A stretch of DNA of 62,175 bases, filler included. It is 5 parts of 5 records of this genome, joined end to end, with 100 filler letters (N's around TTAATTAATTAA, not from the genome) between each part and the next. Parts side by side here need not be neighbours in the genome. Positions count along the whole stretch, not along the records: positions 49,434 to 56,160 come from SRR31156797_3171; positions 56,261 to 62,175 come from SRR31156797_3173; 3 more parts are not named here. One strand, given 5' to 3'. The notes beneath the pieces are model-generated. The model worked only from the letters and a program-made list of their open reading frames with translations, ran no database searches and was not told the DNA's origin. Below, piece by piece: positions 51,626-62,174 of this stretch. Each line of letters begins with the position of its first letter. The stretch's first letter is position 1. The position numbers and the translations under genes were made by a program.

Positions 51626-53020
51626 TTACCGGGCTCCCCTGCCAAATAACACTGTTTTAACGGTTTTCAGGATGATTACCACATCTATAGCAAGGGACAT
51701 ATTCTTAATATAAAACAGTTCATAATTTAGCTTTTCCACGGCATCTTCAACGGTTGCCCCATAATCGTAGCAAACTTGAGCCCAGCCGGTCAGACCGGGT
51801 TTAACATTGAACCGCTGGCTGTAAAATGGGATTTCTTTTTCAAGCTGGTCTGTAAAATGCTTTCTTTCCGGCCTGGGACCGACAAGACTCATTTTGCCGA
51901 TCAGCACTTCCCAAAGCTGGGGCAGTTCATCTATCCTATATTTTCTGATGATACGCCCGATCCGGGTGATTCTGGGATCATTATCCCCTGCCCATACCGG
52001 ACCGGTCAGTTTTTCCGCATCCGCAACCATAGATCTGAATTTGTGCATCATATATTCTTCCCTGTCTTTGCCCACCCGGTCCTGGGAAAAAAGCACAGGG
52101 CCCTTTGAATCCAGTTTGATGAGAACACAAACAATGAGCAGAAGCGGGGATAGAAGGGTTAGCATGGTTAAGGAAAGAACGATATCTTCAACTCTTTTTA
52201 AGAACTCTCTAGGTTTTGATTTTTGAAAACCGTGTGAAAAAATCAGCCACGAGGGCTCAATTTGTTTGACCAGGACTTTTCCGGTCAGCATTTCGTAGAA
52301 GGAGCTGCCTTCAATAACTTCAACACCGTCGGTCCTGCACTTTATCAGTTCCTGGGTTGGAAAGCGGCCTCTTTTTTCTTTTAAGGCCACAACTATTTTG
52401 TCTACGTTGTTTAGTTTTGACAAGTCGCAGATTTGGGTATTTCCCCGGGTGACGATAAGGTCGCCGGGGATATCATCGGGTGGCAGTACCGTATCATTGT
52501 CAGGTATAACGGCAGATACGGTGTATCCGCAGTCTATGGTCTGCTTAACTTCCGTGTAGATGTCCCTGGCCAGGTTGGAAGAGCCGAGGATGACGATACG
52601 TTCGTTAAACATACCCCGGTTGAGCATCTGGATGTAGCCGATTCTCCAGAATACGATGAAAATCATTAAAAAAAATATACTCAGGATATAGGCTTTTTGA
52701 TCGATAATGGTAAGTGGGAAAAAATAATAGATTCCCGCCAGTGCAATGGATGTGATACCCAGCGCCTGGAGCAGGCGGATGGAGATTTCAGGCATGGTCG
52801 AGACAATGCTGAAATCATAAAGATCATTATAATAAAGGCTGACCTGACAGATAATTGTAATCAGTGCGATCCTGAGAATCATCATTATGTCCATCCAATA
52901 TGAGTCCCATGATGTCAACAGCCTTGTCGCTACAAGGATGCATGCAAAAATAATACATCCCTCCAGAAGAAAAAAGAACATGTTTCGGATGGGAAAATAT
53001 TGTCTCAACACCCTGAGCAT
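51626..53020 (-). CDS. Priming polyprenyl glycosylphosphotransferase (PEP-CTERM/XrtA type)
   Basis: LYYNDLYD, KFRSM, DELPQL, MSLVGPRPE, KPGLTGWAQV; ATG 53020 (MLRVLRQYFP). Confidence 0.92.
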   Translation of the reverse strand: MLRVLRQYFPIRNMFFFLLEGCIIFACILVATRLLTSWDSYWMDIMMILRIALITIICQVSLYYNDLYDFSIVSTMPEISIRLLQALGITSIALAGIYYFFPLTIIDQKAYILSIFFLMIFIVFWRIGYIQMLNRGMFNERIVILGSSNLARDIYTEVKQTIDCGYTVSAVIPDNDTVLPPDDIPGDLIVTRGNTQICDLSKLNNVDKIVVALKEKRGRFPTQELIKCRTDGVEVIEGSSFYEMLTGKVLVKQIEPSWLIFSHGFQKSKPREFLKRVEDIVLSLTMLTLLSPLLLIVCVLIKLDSKGPVLFSQDRVGKDREEYMMHKFRSMVADAEKLTGPVWAGDNDPRITRIGRIIRKYRIDELPQLWEVLIGKMSLVGPRPERKHFTDQLEKEIPFYSQRFNVKPGLTGWAQVCYDYGATVEDAVEKLNYELFYIKNMSLAIDVVIILKTVKTVLFGRGAR

Positions 53021-53024
53021 TTTA

Positions 53025-53894
53025 TTATTTATCCTTCCCTGCAGGGTATCTATAGTTACTGTATCCGTATTTATGGTATCCGTACCCATACCCTACAGGT
53101 CTTTTGGAAAAGTTTTTGACAACACCTATAATTTTATTTTTCCCGAAAGTATCTACAATATCCTGAACTTCTTTGGTCCGTGTTTGACCGTGTCTTACAA
53201 CAAGTATAATTCCGTCTACATGCCTGGCAATGGCATTTGTTTCAGAGGTAATATAGGGCGGCGGGGTGTCTATAAGGATATACCTGTCAGTATACCTTAA
53301 TTTTACCTCATGAAGCATTCGCCGCATTTGGTCTGAAGAAAGCAGTTCTGAAGGGTTTGGCGGAACCTGGCCGGCAGGAAGAATTGTGAGTTTGTTGATG
53401 GCAGTTTTCTTCAAAGCTGCAGACAGCGGGATGTTGTTAGACAGGTAGTCGCTCAGACCTTTGATCTCTTTTTGAGTATATCCAAATAGATTTTGTATGG
53501 TTGGTTTGCGAAGATCGCAATCTATGAGGAGAACGTATTCATCAATACTCTTGGCAATAATTGCAGCCAAATTGGCGGTAATAAATGACTTTCCTTCATT
53601 CGGCGACGGGCTGGTTACCATAATGGTTCTCGGCGGCTCACCATTCTCGGGAAAAAGGATATTGTTTTTTAATAGCCTGAACTGCTCGGACGCCTGGGAA
53701 TACGGTTTTAATACGGTTACCATGTCCTGGACAGTAATTTCCGGAACCTGGTATATATCGGCAACAGTCTTTTTTTCTGCGGGATTTGCAGGATGGGATG
53801 CCGGAGTGGATACCGTTTCCTGAACCGGTGTTTTTTTGTTGCCCGGCTTGCTGATCTTATCGGCCTTTTCCAAAGCTTTGTAAATTTTACCCAA
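53025..53894 (-). CDS. BY-kinase (CpsD/CapB tyrosine autokinase)
   Basis: Walker A PSPNEGKS, DCDLRKP, DTPP, C-terminal Tyr cluster GYGYGYHKYGYSNYRY. Confidence 0.92.
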   Translation of the reverse strand: MGKIYKALEKADKISKPGNKKTPVQETVSTPASHPANPAEKKTVADIYQVPEITVQDMVTVLKPYSQASEQFRLLKNNILFPENGEPPRTIMVTSPSPNEGKSFITANLAAIIAKSIDEYVLLIDCDLRKPTIQNLFGYTQKEIKGLSDYLSNNIPLSAALKKTAINKLTILPAGQVPPNPSELLSSDQMRRMLHEVKLRYTDRYILIDTPPPYITSETNAIARHVDGIILVVRHGQTRTKEVQDIVDTFGKNKIIGVVKNFSKRPVGYGYGYHKYGYSNYRYPAGKDK

Positions 53895-53912
53895 GGTTGC
53901 GGTCTCCGGAAC

Positions 53913-55559
53913 TTATATATTGAAAGTCATTTTCATAAAATTAACAGCCCTGTCCAACCCTTTAACATGCAGAACAGCAAAGAAGGATAAAAAAAACAAG
54001 GCATAACAGCAGAAACCAGCAAAAATAACCCAGCCGATTTTTTGTTTTAGCTGGGTACCCGACTGTTCAAGGGGAGGGATGGATGCCAGGATATTCAATC
54101 CCAGAGTTTGCTCGATTTGATCATCCCACCGGATTCTGGACAAATTTATGAATTCCTTTAAAAAGACAATTCCTCCACCAATACCCAGGCCGAGAGCCAC
54201 AGACAAAAGAAATAGTTTCCTTACATCGGGAGAAATTGGTTTTTCCGGCATCCTTGCATGATCCAGGATTCTGAACTGTTCACCCTTTTGCTTTATTTCC
54301 ATGTTCACGGAAAGTTCGGCTTCCAGTTTTCTGTCCAGCAGTGAATTATAGGTATTCTGAATGTTGGCGTAGTCTCTTTTCAAGGCCTGGAGTTCCAGCT
54401 CTCTTTTGGGTGTTTCTTCTACCCGTTTCTGGTAAACAATCATTTCCTGCTGAAGTTTTTCGATTCCAGCCTGAATGGTTGTTATTTCCCCGGCAAGCTG
54501 CCTGCGATGGGCTTCCATCATCATCATCGAGACCGTCAAATCTGTTTGGGCCTCAGGTTCTTCCTGGTTGTCCTGCCGGCCCGCGGCATCTTGTCTGTCA
54601 TCAGGTTTCTTTTCAGCTTCGGCAATTGACTCTTCCAGTTTTTCAACGGTTTTTTTCAATTTCTGTACATCAGGATGCTTTTCTGTGTATTTGAGCAGCA
54701 GATTATCATATTCTTCCTGGGCATTGGCCAGCTTCTGGGCGTCGGTAAGTTCCTCGGGGTTCTCAGGGTCTCTCACGGGGTTCCCGGACTGCGTTTCTGC
54801 TAGTTTTGCCTGGGAAATCTGTGTATCCAGCAGGCTTAGTGCATTCTTAACTTCCCGCAGCAGTTCATTTTTTCCGGTCATCTGCATCTGAAGGCGGTCC
54901 ATGGTGCGCAAATTTGCTTCAAGTTCATCAGGCAGTCCGCCAAGATATTTACTTCTGAATGCGGCCAGTTTCCTTTCTTTTTCTTCCAGCCGAGCTCTTG
55001 TTTTTTCAAGTTCGGCTTCCAAAAATTCCCTTGTGCCGATGGCTTGTGCTTCCCTGACTTTCAGGTTTTCGTCCATAAAATAGGATGCCAGTCTGTTGGC
55101 AATCTGCATGACCTGCTTAGGATCACTGCCTTTGAAAGAAATGGAAAACGTATCTGCTTCTCCTTTTATCCTTCGATCCTGTTTAATTCTGACCTGGATT
55201 CTTTGTCTTAAACTTTCTATTTTATCTTCCAGGTACATGTCTTCTTGGCCTTCGAACAGCCCGAACTGGTCAATAATCTGCTCAAGATTACTTCGGCTTA
55301 AAATCTGTTGGGATATGGTGCTGATCCGGTCGCTTATGGTGGATGAGACAACAGACTGTACATAACTGGTCGGCACTCTTTGTGGCTGTACAAGTATTTG
55401 GGTGAAGGCCTGGTAGGTTCTATTGGCGGTAAGTGTATAAAACAGTCCCAAGGTCAGGGAAATACATAAAGAGATGATAATAATCCATTTTCCGCGGATC
55501 AGGATATCTATAATCTGTTCTGGCTTGATCTGACTCTGAGTTTGATCTGGTCCTGCCAT
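53913..55559 (-). CDS. Polysaccharide chain-length determinant (GumC/Wzc N-part)
   Basis: N-terminal TM, coiled coil, YTEKHPDV, GEQFRILD, C-terminal TMs. Confidence 0.9.
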   Translation of the reverse strand: MAGPDQTQSQIKPEQIIDILIRGKWIIIISLCISLTLGLFYTLTANRTYQAFTQILVQPQRVPTSYVQSVVSSTISDRISTISQQILSRSNLEQIIDQFGLFEGQEDMYLEDKIESLRQRIQVRIKQDRRIKGEADTFSISFKGSDPKQVMQIANRLASYFMDENLKVREAQAIGTREFLEAELEKTRARLEEKERKLAAFRSKYLGGLPDELEANLRTMDRLQMQMTGKNELLREVKNALSLLDTQISQAKLAETQSGNPVRDPENPEELTDAQKLANAQEEYDNLLLKYTEKHPDVQKLKKTVEKLEESIAEAEKKPDDRQDAAGRQDNQEEPEAQTDLTVSMMMMEAHRRQLAGEITTIQAGIEKLQQEMIVYQKRVEETPKRELELQALKRDYANIQNTYNSLLDRKLEAELSVNMEIKQKGEQFRILDHARMPEKPISPDVRKLFLLSVALGLGIGGGIVFLKEFINLSRIRWDDQIEQTLGLNILASIPPLEQSGTQLKQKIGWVIFAGFCCYALFFLSFFAVLHVKGLDRAVNFMKMTFNI

Positions 55560-55770
55560 GATTCTCCCTGGGTTCTATATTAGTTTTTTACACTATGAGA
55601 AAGAGTTCTAATTTTCTATCAGGTCCTGTCTTTTTGTCAATGCCTAAATACTTAGGAATAACGTTGATATGCACTTTTTAAAGGTATTTGTCGTATATAG
55701 TGGATCCCATTTATTAACGATTTTTAATATATTAAAAAACTGATTAACAAATTACACTTCAATGGAAATA

Positions 55771-55786
55771 AGCAATCATGATGCCA
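55771..55786 (-). promoter_or_regulatory. sigma54 (-24/-12) promoter of the EPS operon
   Basis: Minus strand TGGCAT-CATGA-TTGCT, close to the TGGCAC-N5-TTGCW consensus, about 210 nt upstream of the first gene. Confidence 0.7.
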
Positions 55787-56160
55787 TAGGTTATTTTTTT
55801 TGTAAAAAAAAGGAACTCTTGTTGAGATCCCTTTGAAATTATGATGTTATTTCATCAAAATAATTAATTGAGAGAAGTTTTTGTAAAAATAAAAGTTAAT
55901 TTTTTAAGTAAAAAATGTTATATATTTAGACTATTATTTCCCATTATGTTTAACTTTTCAATGCACCTCGAATAACCCGGTGCTAATTTAAAATTTTGAG
56001 AAATTATGAAATCCATGAGTAAAATTCATTTTCAGGACCCAAATTTTATCATAAACATAACCAAAAATAAGTTTCTCAGAAGGATGGAAATACCTCGAAC
56101 GGAGATATTTCCGTCCATTATCAATACTAAACTCCATTAAGGGCCAACGTTTTATATCGG

Positions 56161-56260
56161 NNNNNNNNNNNNNNNNNNNNNNNNNNNNNNNNNNNNNNNN
56201 NNNNTTAATTAATTAANNNNNNNNNNNNNNNNNNNNNNNNNNNNNNNNNNNNNNNNNNNN
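56161..56260. other. Artificial contig spacer
   Basis: N-run, TTAATTAATTAA, N-run. Confidence 0.98.
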
Positions 56261-57808
56261 CGTCTTCGCCGCCACCAGGCTCCGGATCGAGAACACCCGC
56301 AGCGCATCCGAAATCGAAAGCGTCCCCTCCGCTGAATCCTTCCGTCCCGTAAACGGAAAACTGTCCGGCCCGCGCTGGCACTGGCTGTTGATATTCACAC
56401 GACACACCTGATTCACAAGCACATCGATCAACCGGCTCAGTTCCTTCGGATCTTTCCCGAACAGCGCCGCCTGCTGCCCGCACGAAGACGCGATCGTCCA
56501 GTCGATCACTGTCTGCACATCATTGTAAGGCACAATCGGAACCACCGGCCCGAACTGCTCCACCTGGCAGATCTTCATCTCAGGCTTCGCCGGATACAGC
56601 ACCGCCGGATAATACATCGTATGATCGATCGTCCCGCCGCCCGCATTGATGATCTTCGCTCCGCCAGCCTCGGCTTCTTCAACCAGCTCCTTCAACCATT
56701 CAGGCTTTCCGCCTTCCGGAAGGGGGGTGATCTTCACGTCTTTTTCCCACGGCATTCCAACAATCAGCTTTTCTACCTGTTCTTTCACCCGCTCAGCAAA
56801 CTCATCCGCAATGCTCCGGTGACAGAACATGATCTTGATCGCCGTACACCGCTGCCCGTTATACGAAAACGCCCCGAGCGTACATTCCTTCGCCGCAAGC
56901 TCAAGATCCGCATTCGGCAGAATCACCCCCGCGTTCTTTGCCTCGAGCCCCAGCACACACCGCAGTCGATTCAGATACGGATGCTGATGCTTCAACAGCG
57001 ACGCCACCTTCGCCGAACCGATAAACGCCAGCACATCGATCCGCCCACTCGTCATCAGCGGCCCGACCACAACCGACCCCTCGCCATACACCGTATTCAC
57101 AACCCCCGGCGGAAACGATTCCGCAAACGCCTCCAGCAGGGGAGCATGAAGCAGCACACCATACTTCGGCGGTTTGAAGATCACCGTATTACCCATGATC
57201 AGCGCCGGTATCAGCGTCGTAAAAGTCTCATTCAGCGGATAATTGTAAGGCCCCATGCACAGCACGACCCCCAGCGGACTCCGCCGGATCTGCGACATAT
57301 ACCCCGGCTCCATCACGAACCGCGAACTCGTCCGATCCAGTTCCTTCAATGCCTCAACGGTATCCCGCACATAATCGATAGTACGATCAAACTCCTTCTC
57401 CGCATCCGCGAGCGTCTTCCCGATCTCCCACATCAGCAGTTCCACGACATGATCCCTCGTCGCCTGCATCCGCGGAATAAAATCCTCCACACATCGGATC
57501 CGATCCCGAACCGACATGGTAGGCCATTCACCGCACCCCTTACCGTATGCATTACACGCCGCCTCCAGCGCCTGCATCGATTCCGCCTCCGTCATCAGCG
57601 GGTAGTGCCCAAGCACAGCCTGCTGAATCCCGTTCGGCCCATCAACACAGACAGGCGACAGAACCTCCTGGCTCGGCCCCGTCCAGTGATGCACCTTGCC
57701 GCCGATCAGGTACCGCATCCCCTCATCATTCGGCGACATGCGGACCGTCACGGGAATAGATTCAGCATTAGGAAAGATCTTCGCGGGCGACTGAACAGGC
57801 GTAGGCAT
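56261..57808 (-). CDS. gapN: NADP-dependent non-phosphorylating glyceraldehyde-3-phosphate dehydrogenase (ALDH family), 3' truncated
   Basis: GPYNYP, FIGS, LGLEAKN, YNGQRCTA, EQFGP, RGPDSFPFTGRKDS; ATG 57808 with AGGAG RBS. Confidence 0.8.
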
Positions 57809-57995
57809 GATCGTCTCCTGGTTCGTTGTGTGAGTGTTCTGAAAACCCGGTACCGTTGAATTAATGCTAGCCCAACACCCAGCCAAAGGAAAGACCCACA
57901 GGCACACTGAAACCGCTGTTTTTCATGAAGTTATTGACATTCACCCCGCCCGGCCAGAAAGTGTGTCCAACGCGAATGGAGGTGCCAGCGACCGA

Positions 57996-58748
57996 ATGAC
58001 AACAAACCCGATCTCAATCCTGCGAGGACCCGCCCCGGCAGAAGCCGAACGAAACATGTGGATGCGCGCATGGTTTGTCGCATTCCTTGTGTGGCTCGCA
58101 TGCCTCGCAGCGGTTGGCATATGGGCATTCGGACAAGCCGAGTCGGGCATTGGCAATGGCTTGGCGATCGGTGTGACGGCAGTAGTACTGTTCTATCTGT
58201 CCCTCTGCTGCCTGTTCTTCCCGCTCCCGACGGCCTGGGCAGTAATGCTCCTGGCAAGCAGTGAAATAGGCTTGTTCGATTCGACGGCCGCTCGCGTAGT
58301 ACTCGTCGCCGCAATGACCGCATTTGCCACGGCTATGGCGAACCTTAACGAGTATCACATCGTGACTTTCTTCCTGCGCTACCGGGCGATAGGAAAAGTC
58401 CGCGATACAAAACTGTACCAGAGAGCGTCCCAGTGGTTCTCGATTTCGCCATTCTGGACAGTGACCGGCTTCAGTTTCATACCGATCCCGGTAGATGTGA
58501 TCCGACTTCTCGCAATCGCGTCCCGCTACTCGCGATTCCGATACGCCACAGCTTACTTTCTGGGCCGCTTCGTTCGGTACGGTCTACTCGCTGCCACAGT
58601 AGTAGGGCTCAACCTGACAGCCCTGCAGATTATCGCAATCCAGGGTGTCATCGTCCTGATCGCCGGCATTAAAATCCTGGTTTCGTCATTGAAACGCAGA
58701 AAAGAAAAATCGCAGCAGGAATTAACCGAAGCACCCGCTGACGCGTAA
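57996..58748 (+). CDS. DedA/VTT (SNARE-associated) membrane protein
   Basis: FFPLP, FIPIPVDVIR, LGRFVRY; start moved to ATG 57996 downstream of GGAGG. Confidence 0.75.
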   Translation: MTTNPISILRGPAPAEAERNMWMRAWFVAFLVWLACLAAVGIWAFGQAESGIGNGLAIGVTAVVLFYLSLCCLFFPLPTAWAVMLLASSEIGLFDSTAARVVLVAAMTAFATAMANLNEYHIVTFFLRYRAIGKVRDTKLYQRASQWFSISPFWTVTGFSFIPIPVDVIRLLAIASRYSRFRYATAYFLGRFVRYGLLAATVVGLNLTALQIIAIQGVIVLIAGIKILVSSLKRRKEKSQQELTEAPADA

Positions 58749-58764
58749 TCAAGTAGATCAACAG

Positions 58765-60228
58765 ATGGGGAGTATCATGCCATCTCGTTTCATAACCGTA
58801 TTCATTCTTGCTCTGACGCCCGTCCTTTCAGCAGACACCAATTCTGGCCAGGAAGGCTTCATCAGCAACCAGCGCCAGTTCACCAGCCTGGGCCGGCGGG
58901 CAGGGGAGGGGTACTTCTCCCAGGACAACACGAAGATGATCTTCCAGAGCGAACGAACCCCGGACAACCCCTTCTTCCAGATCTACATCATGGATCTGCA
59001 GACAGGAAAATCCCATCGCGTCTCCAACGGAATCGGCAAGACAACCTGCGCCTGGTTCTTCCCGAATGCAGACCGCGTCATCTTCGCCTCATCCCATGAA
59101 GATCCCGACGCAAAGAAAAAACAGCACCAGGAGTATGCTGAAAGAAAATCCGGCAAACGTCGCCACAAAATGTGGGACTACGATCCTTGGTATGACATCT
59201 ACTCAGCCGGCGCTGATGGCTCCAACCCCGTCAACCTCACGAAAGTCAAAGGCTACGATGCCGAATGCGCCATCTCCCCCGATGGAAAAACGATCGTCTT
59301 CGCATCAAACCGTCATGCTTACGCAGACAAAGCACTATCCGAAAAAGAAAAACAGAAACTCGAAAAACAACCCGAATACTTTCTCGATCTTTACATGATG
59401 GACGCCGATGGCACCAACATCCGCCGCCTCCATGATGCCCCGGGCCATGACGGCGGACCATTCTTCAGCACCGATGGTAAAAAAATTTGCTGGCGCCGCT
59501 TCAACGAAGACGAAACCCAGGCCGAAATCTGGGTCGCCAACGCCGACGGCTCCGACCAGCATCCCATCACGAACATGAAAATGATGTCATGGGCGCCGTT
59601 CTTCCACCCGTCGGGAGACTACATCGTCTTCACCACAAACCGTCACGGCTTCCACAACTTCGAACTCTACATCGTCCGCACCGACGGCAGAGGACAGCCT
59701 GTCCGCGCCACGGTAACGGATGGCTTCGACGGCCTCCCCGTTATCACCCCCGACGGCCACCACATCGTCTGGACCTGCAACCGCACTCCCGACCGTCAGG
59801 GCCAACTCTTCGTAGGCGACTGGGATGATACCGCTGCAAGAAAAGCACTCGACCTCCCACCCTGGTCAGGCAAAGGCAGAGGCGGAAAATGGCTCGATCC
59901 CAGGGGCGAACCGGTCCCGAAAAAACATGCAGCCAACCCAGCAGAAGCACCGGGCAAAGCTCCATGGCTGGGCACGATCCCCGACTTTACGAAACACGGC
60001 CAGGGCGTCGTCCTGCGAGGTGCACGCAAAAACAGCCCCGCCGACAAAGCCGGAATTCTCCCGGGAGACGACCTCGTAAGCGTAAGCGGAAAACAGATCA
60101 CGAACATCAACGAATATGCCGATATTCTGGGATCACTGAAACCGGGTCAAACCGTCCCGATAGCAGTGTTGCGAAACGGAAAACGAATCGAAATGACAAT
60201 TACGGTCGCAGCCCGGCCGGCATCCTGA
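58765..60228 (+). CDS. Exported TolB-like (PD40) beta-propeller with C-terminal PDZ
   Basis: Signal peptide, GEGYFS, GYDAE...SPDG, GHDGGPFFSTDG, WAPFFHPSG, PDZ WLGTIPD...SPADKAGI. Confidence 0.85.
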   Translation: MGSIMPSRFITVFILALTPVLSADTNSGQEGFISNQRQFTSLGRRAGEGYFSQDNTKMIFQSERTPDNPFFQIYIMDLQTGKSHRVSNGIGKTTCAWFFPNADRVIFASSHEDPDAKKKQHQEYAERKSGKRRHKMWDYDPWYDIYSAGADGSNPVNLTKVKGYDAECAISPDGKTIVFASNRHAYADKALSEKEKQKLEKQPEYFLDLYMMDADGTNIRRLHDAPGHDGGPFFSTDGKKICWRRFNEDETQAEIWVANADGSDQHPITNMKMMSWAPFFHPSGDYIVFTTNRHGFHNFELYIVRTDGRGQPVRATVTDGFDGLPVITPDGHHIVWTCNRTPDRQGQLFVGDWDDTAARKALDLPPWSGKGRGGKWLDPRGEPVPKKHAANPAEAPGKAPWLGTIPDFTKHGQGVVLRGARKNSPADKAGILPGDDLVSVSGKQITNINEYADILGSLKPGQTVPIAVLRNGKRIEMTITVAARPAS

Positions 60229-60243
60229 AACGCCAGCAGGCAC

Positions 60244-60843
60244 ATGAACGAAGATAAACCGGACATCATGCCCGACGATACGCCAGCCGGCAGAAGAGAA
60301 TTCTTCGCCGCCAGCCTGGAGTGGATGCTGCGTCCGGTTTCCAAACGCCTGGAAAAACACATTCACATTCCACGCAGCCGTCCGTGTATTCGTCCACCCG
60401 GTGCATTACCCGAAGACGAATTCCTGGAATCCTGCAGCCGATGCCAGATGTGCATCAAGGTCTGCCCGGCACACGCGATCCAGGCACTGGACAAACCCGA
60501 TTCGCCCGATCACCGCACCCCATTCATCGATCCCGACATGGCGGCCTGCACCCTGTGCCGATCCCTTGCATGCATGTCGCATTGCCCGACAGGAGCTTTG
60601 GAAGTCCTCGCCGACCCGCATCACATCCGGATCGGCCTCGCAAAGGTCAACGAAACCACCTGCCGCCGCAGCAAGGGCGATGAATGCCAGGAATGCCTCG
60701 ACGTCTGTCCGATGGGAGAAGCAGCCATCTTCCTCTCGAAGGAAGGAAAAGTCATCGTTAATCCCGAGGGTTGCATCGGCTGCGGACGCTGTCAAAATAG
60801 ATGTCCGGCTGAGCCCAGGGCAATTGTCGTAACACCGATGTAA
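60244..60843 (+). CDS. NapG/MauM-like multi-[4Fe-4S] ferredoxin
   Basis: RREFF near the N-terminus, IRPPGA, four Cys clusters (CSRCQMC...CP, CTLC...CP, CQEC...CP, CIGCGRC...CP). Confidence 0.85.
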   Translation: MNEDKPDIMPDDTPAGRREFFAASLEWMLRPVSKRLEKHIHIPRSRPCIRPPGALPEDEFLESCSRCQMCIKVCPAHAIQALDKPDSPDHRTPFIDPDMAACTLCRSLACMSHCPTGALEVLADPHHIRIGLAKVNETTCRRSKGDECQECLDVCPMGEAAIFLSKEGKVIVNPEGCIGCGRCQNRCPAEPRAIVVTPM

Positions 60844-60871
60844 TGCGAAGCAGCAGAATCAGGAGTGCCAG

Positions 60872-62017
60872 ATGCAGGACCAACCCGACCAGGGAGCAAG
60901 ACCACTCGCCATCCTCCGCGCGATGATCGACACCATCGACCGCGACATGATTCAGATGCTCGCACGCCGCTCGGCCCTCGTCAGTGAAGTTGCCCAGTAC
61001 AAACGCGAGCACGGCGTCGCCATACGCGACAATACCCGCGAGAAAGAGCTCCTCGCCGACCGTCGCGAACGTGCCCAGTCTGTAGGACTCACCCCGTCCG
61101 TGATCGAAAGCATCTACCGCCTGATCCTCTGGGAAAGCCGCGACCGACAGGCCTCCCTCCGTGCGGAAGTCCCGACCGACACCGAACCGAAAAGCGTCGC
61201 CATCATCGGTGGCCACGGCGCCATGGGCAATATCCTGACCCGCATCTTCGGCGAACTGGGCCATCACGTAATCGTAGCCGACCTCGACACCCCGACGACA
61301 CCGGAAGAAGCTGCCGCCGCAGCCGATGTTGTTCTCATCAGCGTCCCCATTACCGAAACAGTGAAGGTCATCGAGAAGCTTGGCCCCCTCGTTCGCAAAG
61401 ACGCTTTAATGCTGGACATCACTTCGGTCAAGAAAGCTCCGGTCGAAGCCATGCTCCGCAGCACGAAAGCATCCGTCATCGGAACCCACCCCATGTTCGG
61501 CCCATCCGTTCATTCGCTGCAGGGTCAGCGGGTAGTAATATGTCCGGGCAGGGGAGAGCAGTGGGAAAAGTGGCTCCGCCAGACTCTCCACGCAAGGGGC
61601 ATGGTCGTCCGCGACAGCGATCCCGAAACGCATGACCGCATCATGGGAATCGTTCAGGTCCTCGTCCACTTTCGCACGGAAGTCATGGGCCGCACCCTGG
61701 AAAAGCTCGGCGTATCCATCCAGGAAACCCTCAGCTTTACGTCGCCGATCTACTACCTCGAACTCCTGATGACCGCACGCCACTTCGGCCAGGATCCCGA
61801 GCTGTATGCCTCAATCAGCATGAGCAACCCCCAGGCCGAAACCGTCACGAAAGCTTTCCTTGAAGCCGCTGACGAGGTTAAGTCAATGATCACAACCGGC
61901 AACCACGAAGGCTTCAGCCAGTTATTCAACGAAGTCACCGACTACTTCGGCCCCTTCACCGAAGAAGCCGCCGACCAGTCCTCCTACCTCATCGACCGCC
62001 TCGTCGAACGAAAATAA
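60872..62017 (+). CDS. tyrA: Bifunctional chorismate mutase / prephenate dehydrogenase
   Basis: CM_2 LRAMIDTIDR, then IIGGHGAMG, DITSVK, HPMFGP, HDRIM. Confidence 0.92.
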   Translation: MQDQPDQGARPLAILRAMIDTIDRDMIQMLARRSALVSEVAQYKREHGVAIRDNTREKELLADRRERAQSVGLTPSVIESIYRLILWESRDRQASLRAEVPTDTEPKSVAIIGGHGAMGNILTRIFGELGHHVIVADLDTPTTPEEAAAAADVVLISVPITETVKVIEKLGPLVRKDALMLDITSVKKAPVEAMLRSTKASVIGTHPMFGPSVHSLQGQRVVICPGRGEQWEKWLRQTLHARGMVVRDSDPETHDRIMGIVQVLVHFRTEVMGRTLEKLGVSIQETLSFTSPIYYLELLMTARHFGQDPELYASISMSNPQAETVTKAFLEAADEVKSMITTGNHEGFSQLFNEVTDYFGPFTEEAADQSSYLIDRLVERK

Positions 62018-62092
62018 TGCCTCTGCCTCCCCGTGGCATTGCCCTGAGTTTTGGCTGTTTCGGTATAGCATCGGCTTCCAGCCTGTGCATTC

Positions 62093-62174
62093 GTAGGGGC
62101 GACCGGTGGTCGCCCTTTGCAACAATGAATTCCATCCGACACTTGTTGTAGGGGCGGACCTGTGTGTCCGCCCT
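62093..62174 (+). repeat. Two GTAG-type REP palindromes
   Basis: GTAGGGGCGACCGGTGGTCGCCCT (62093-62116) and GTAGGGGCGGACCTGTGTGTCCGCCCT (62148-62174). Confidence 0.75.

Noticed and set aside
56082..56116. Hairpin GGATGGAAATA...TATTTCCGTCC near the end of contig D
   Set aside because: No clear U-tract and the context is cut by the spacer, so no function can be assigned
56621..57859. 412-aa plus-strand ORF
   Set aside because: Antisense shadow of gapN, Arg/His/Pro-rich with no motifs
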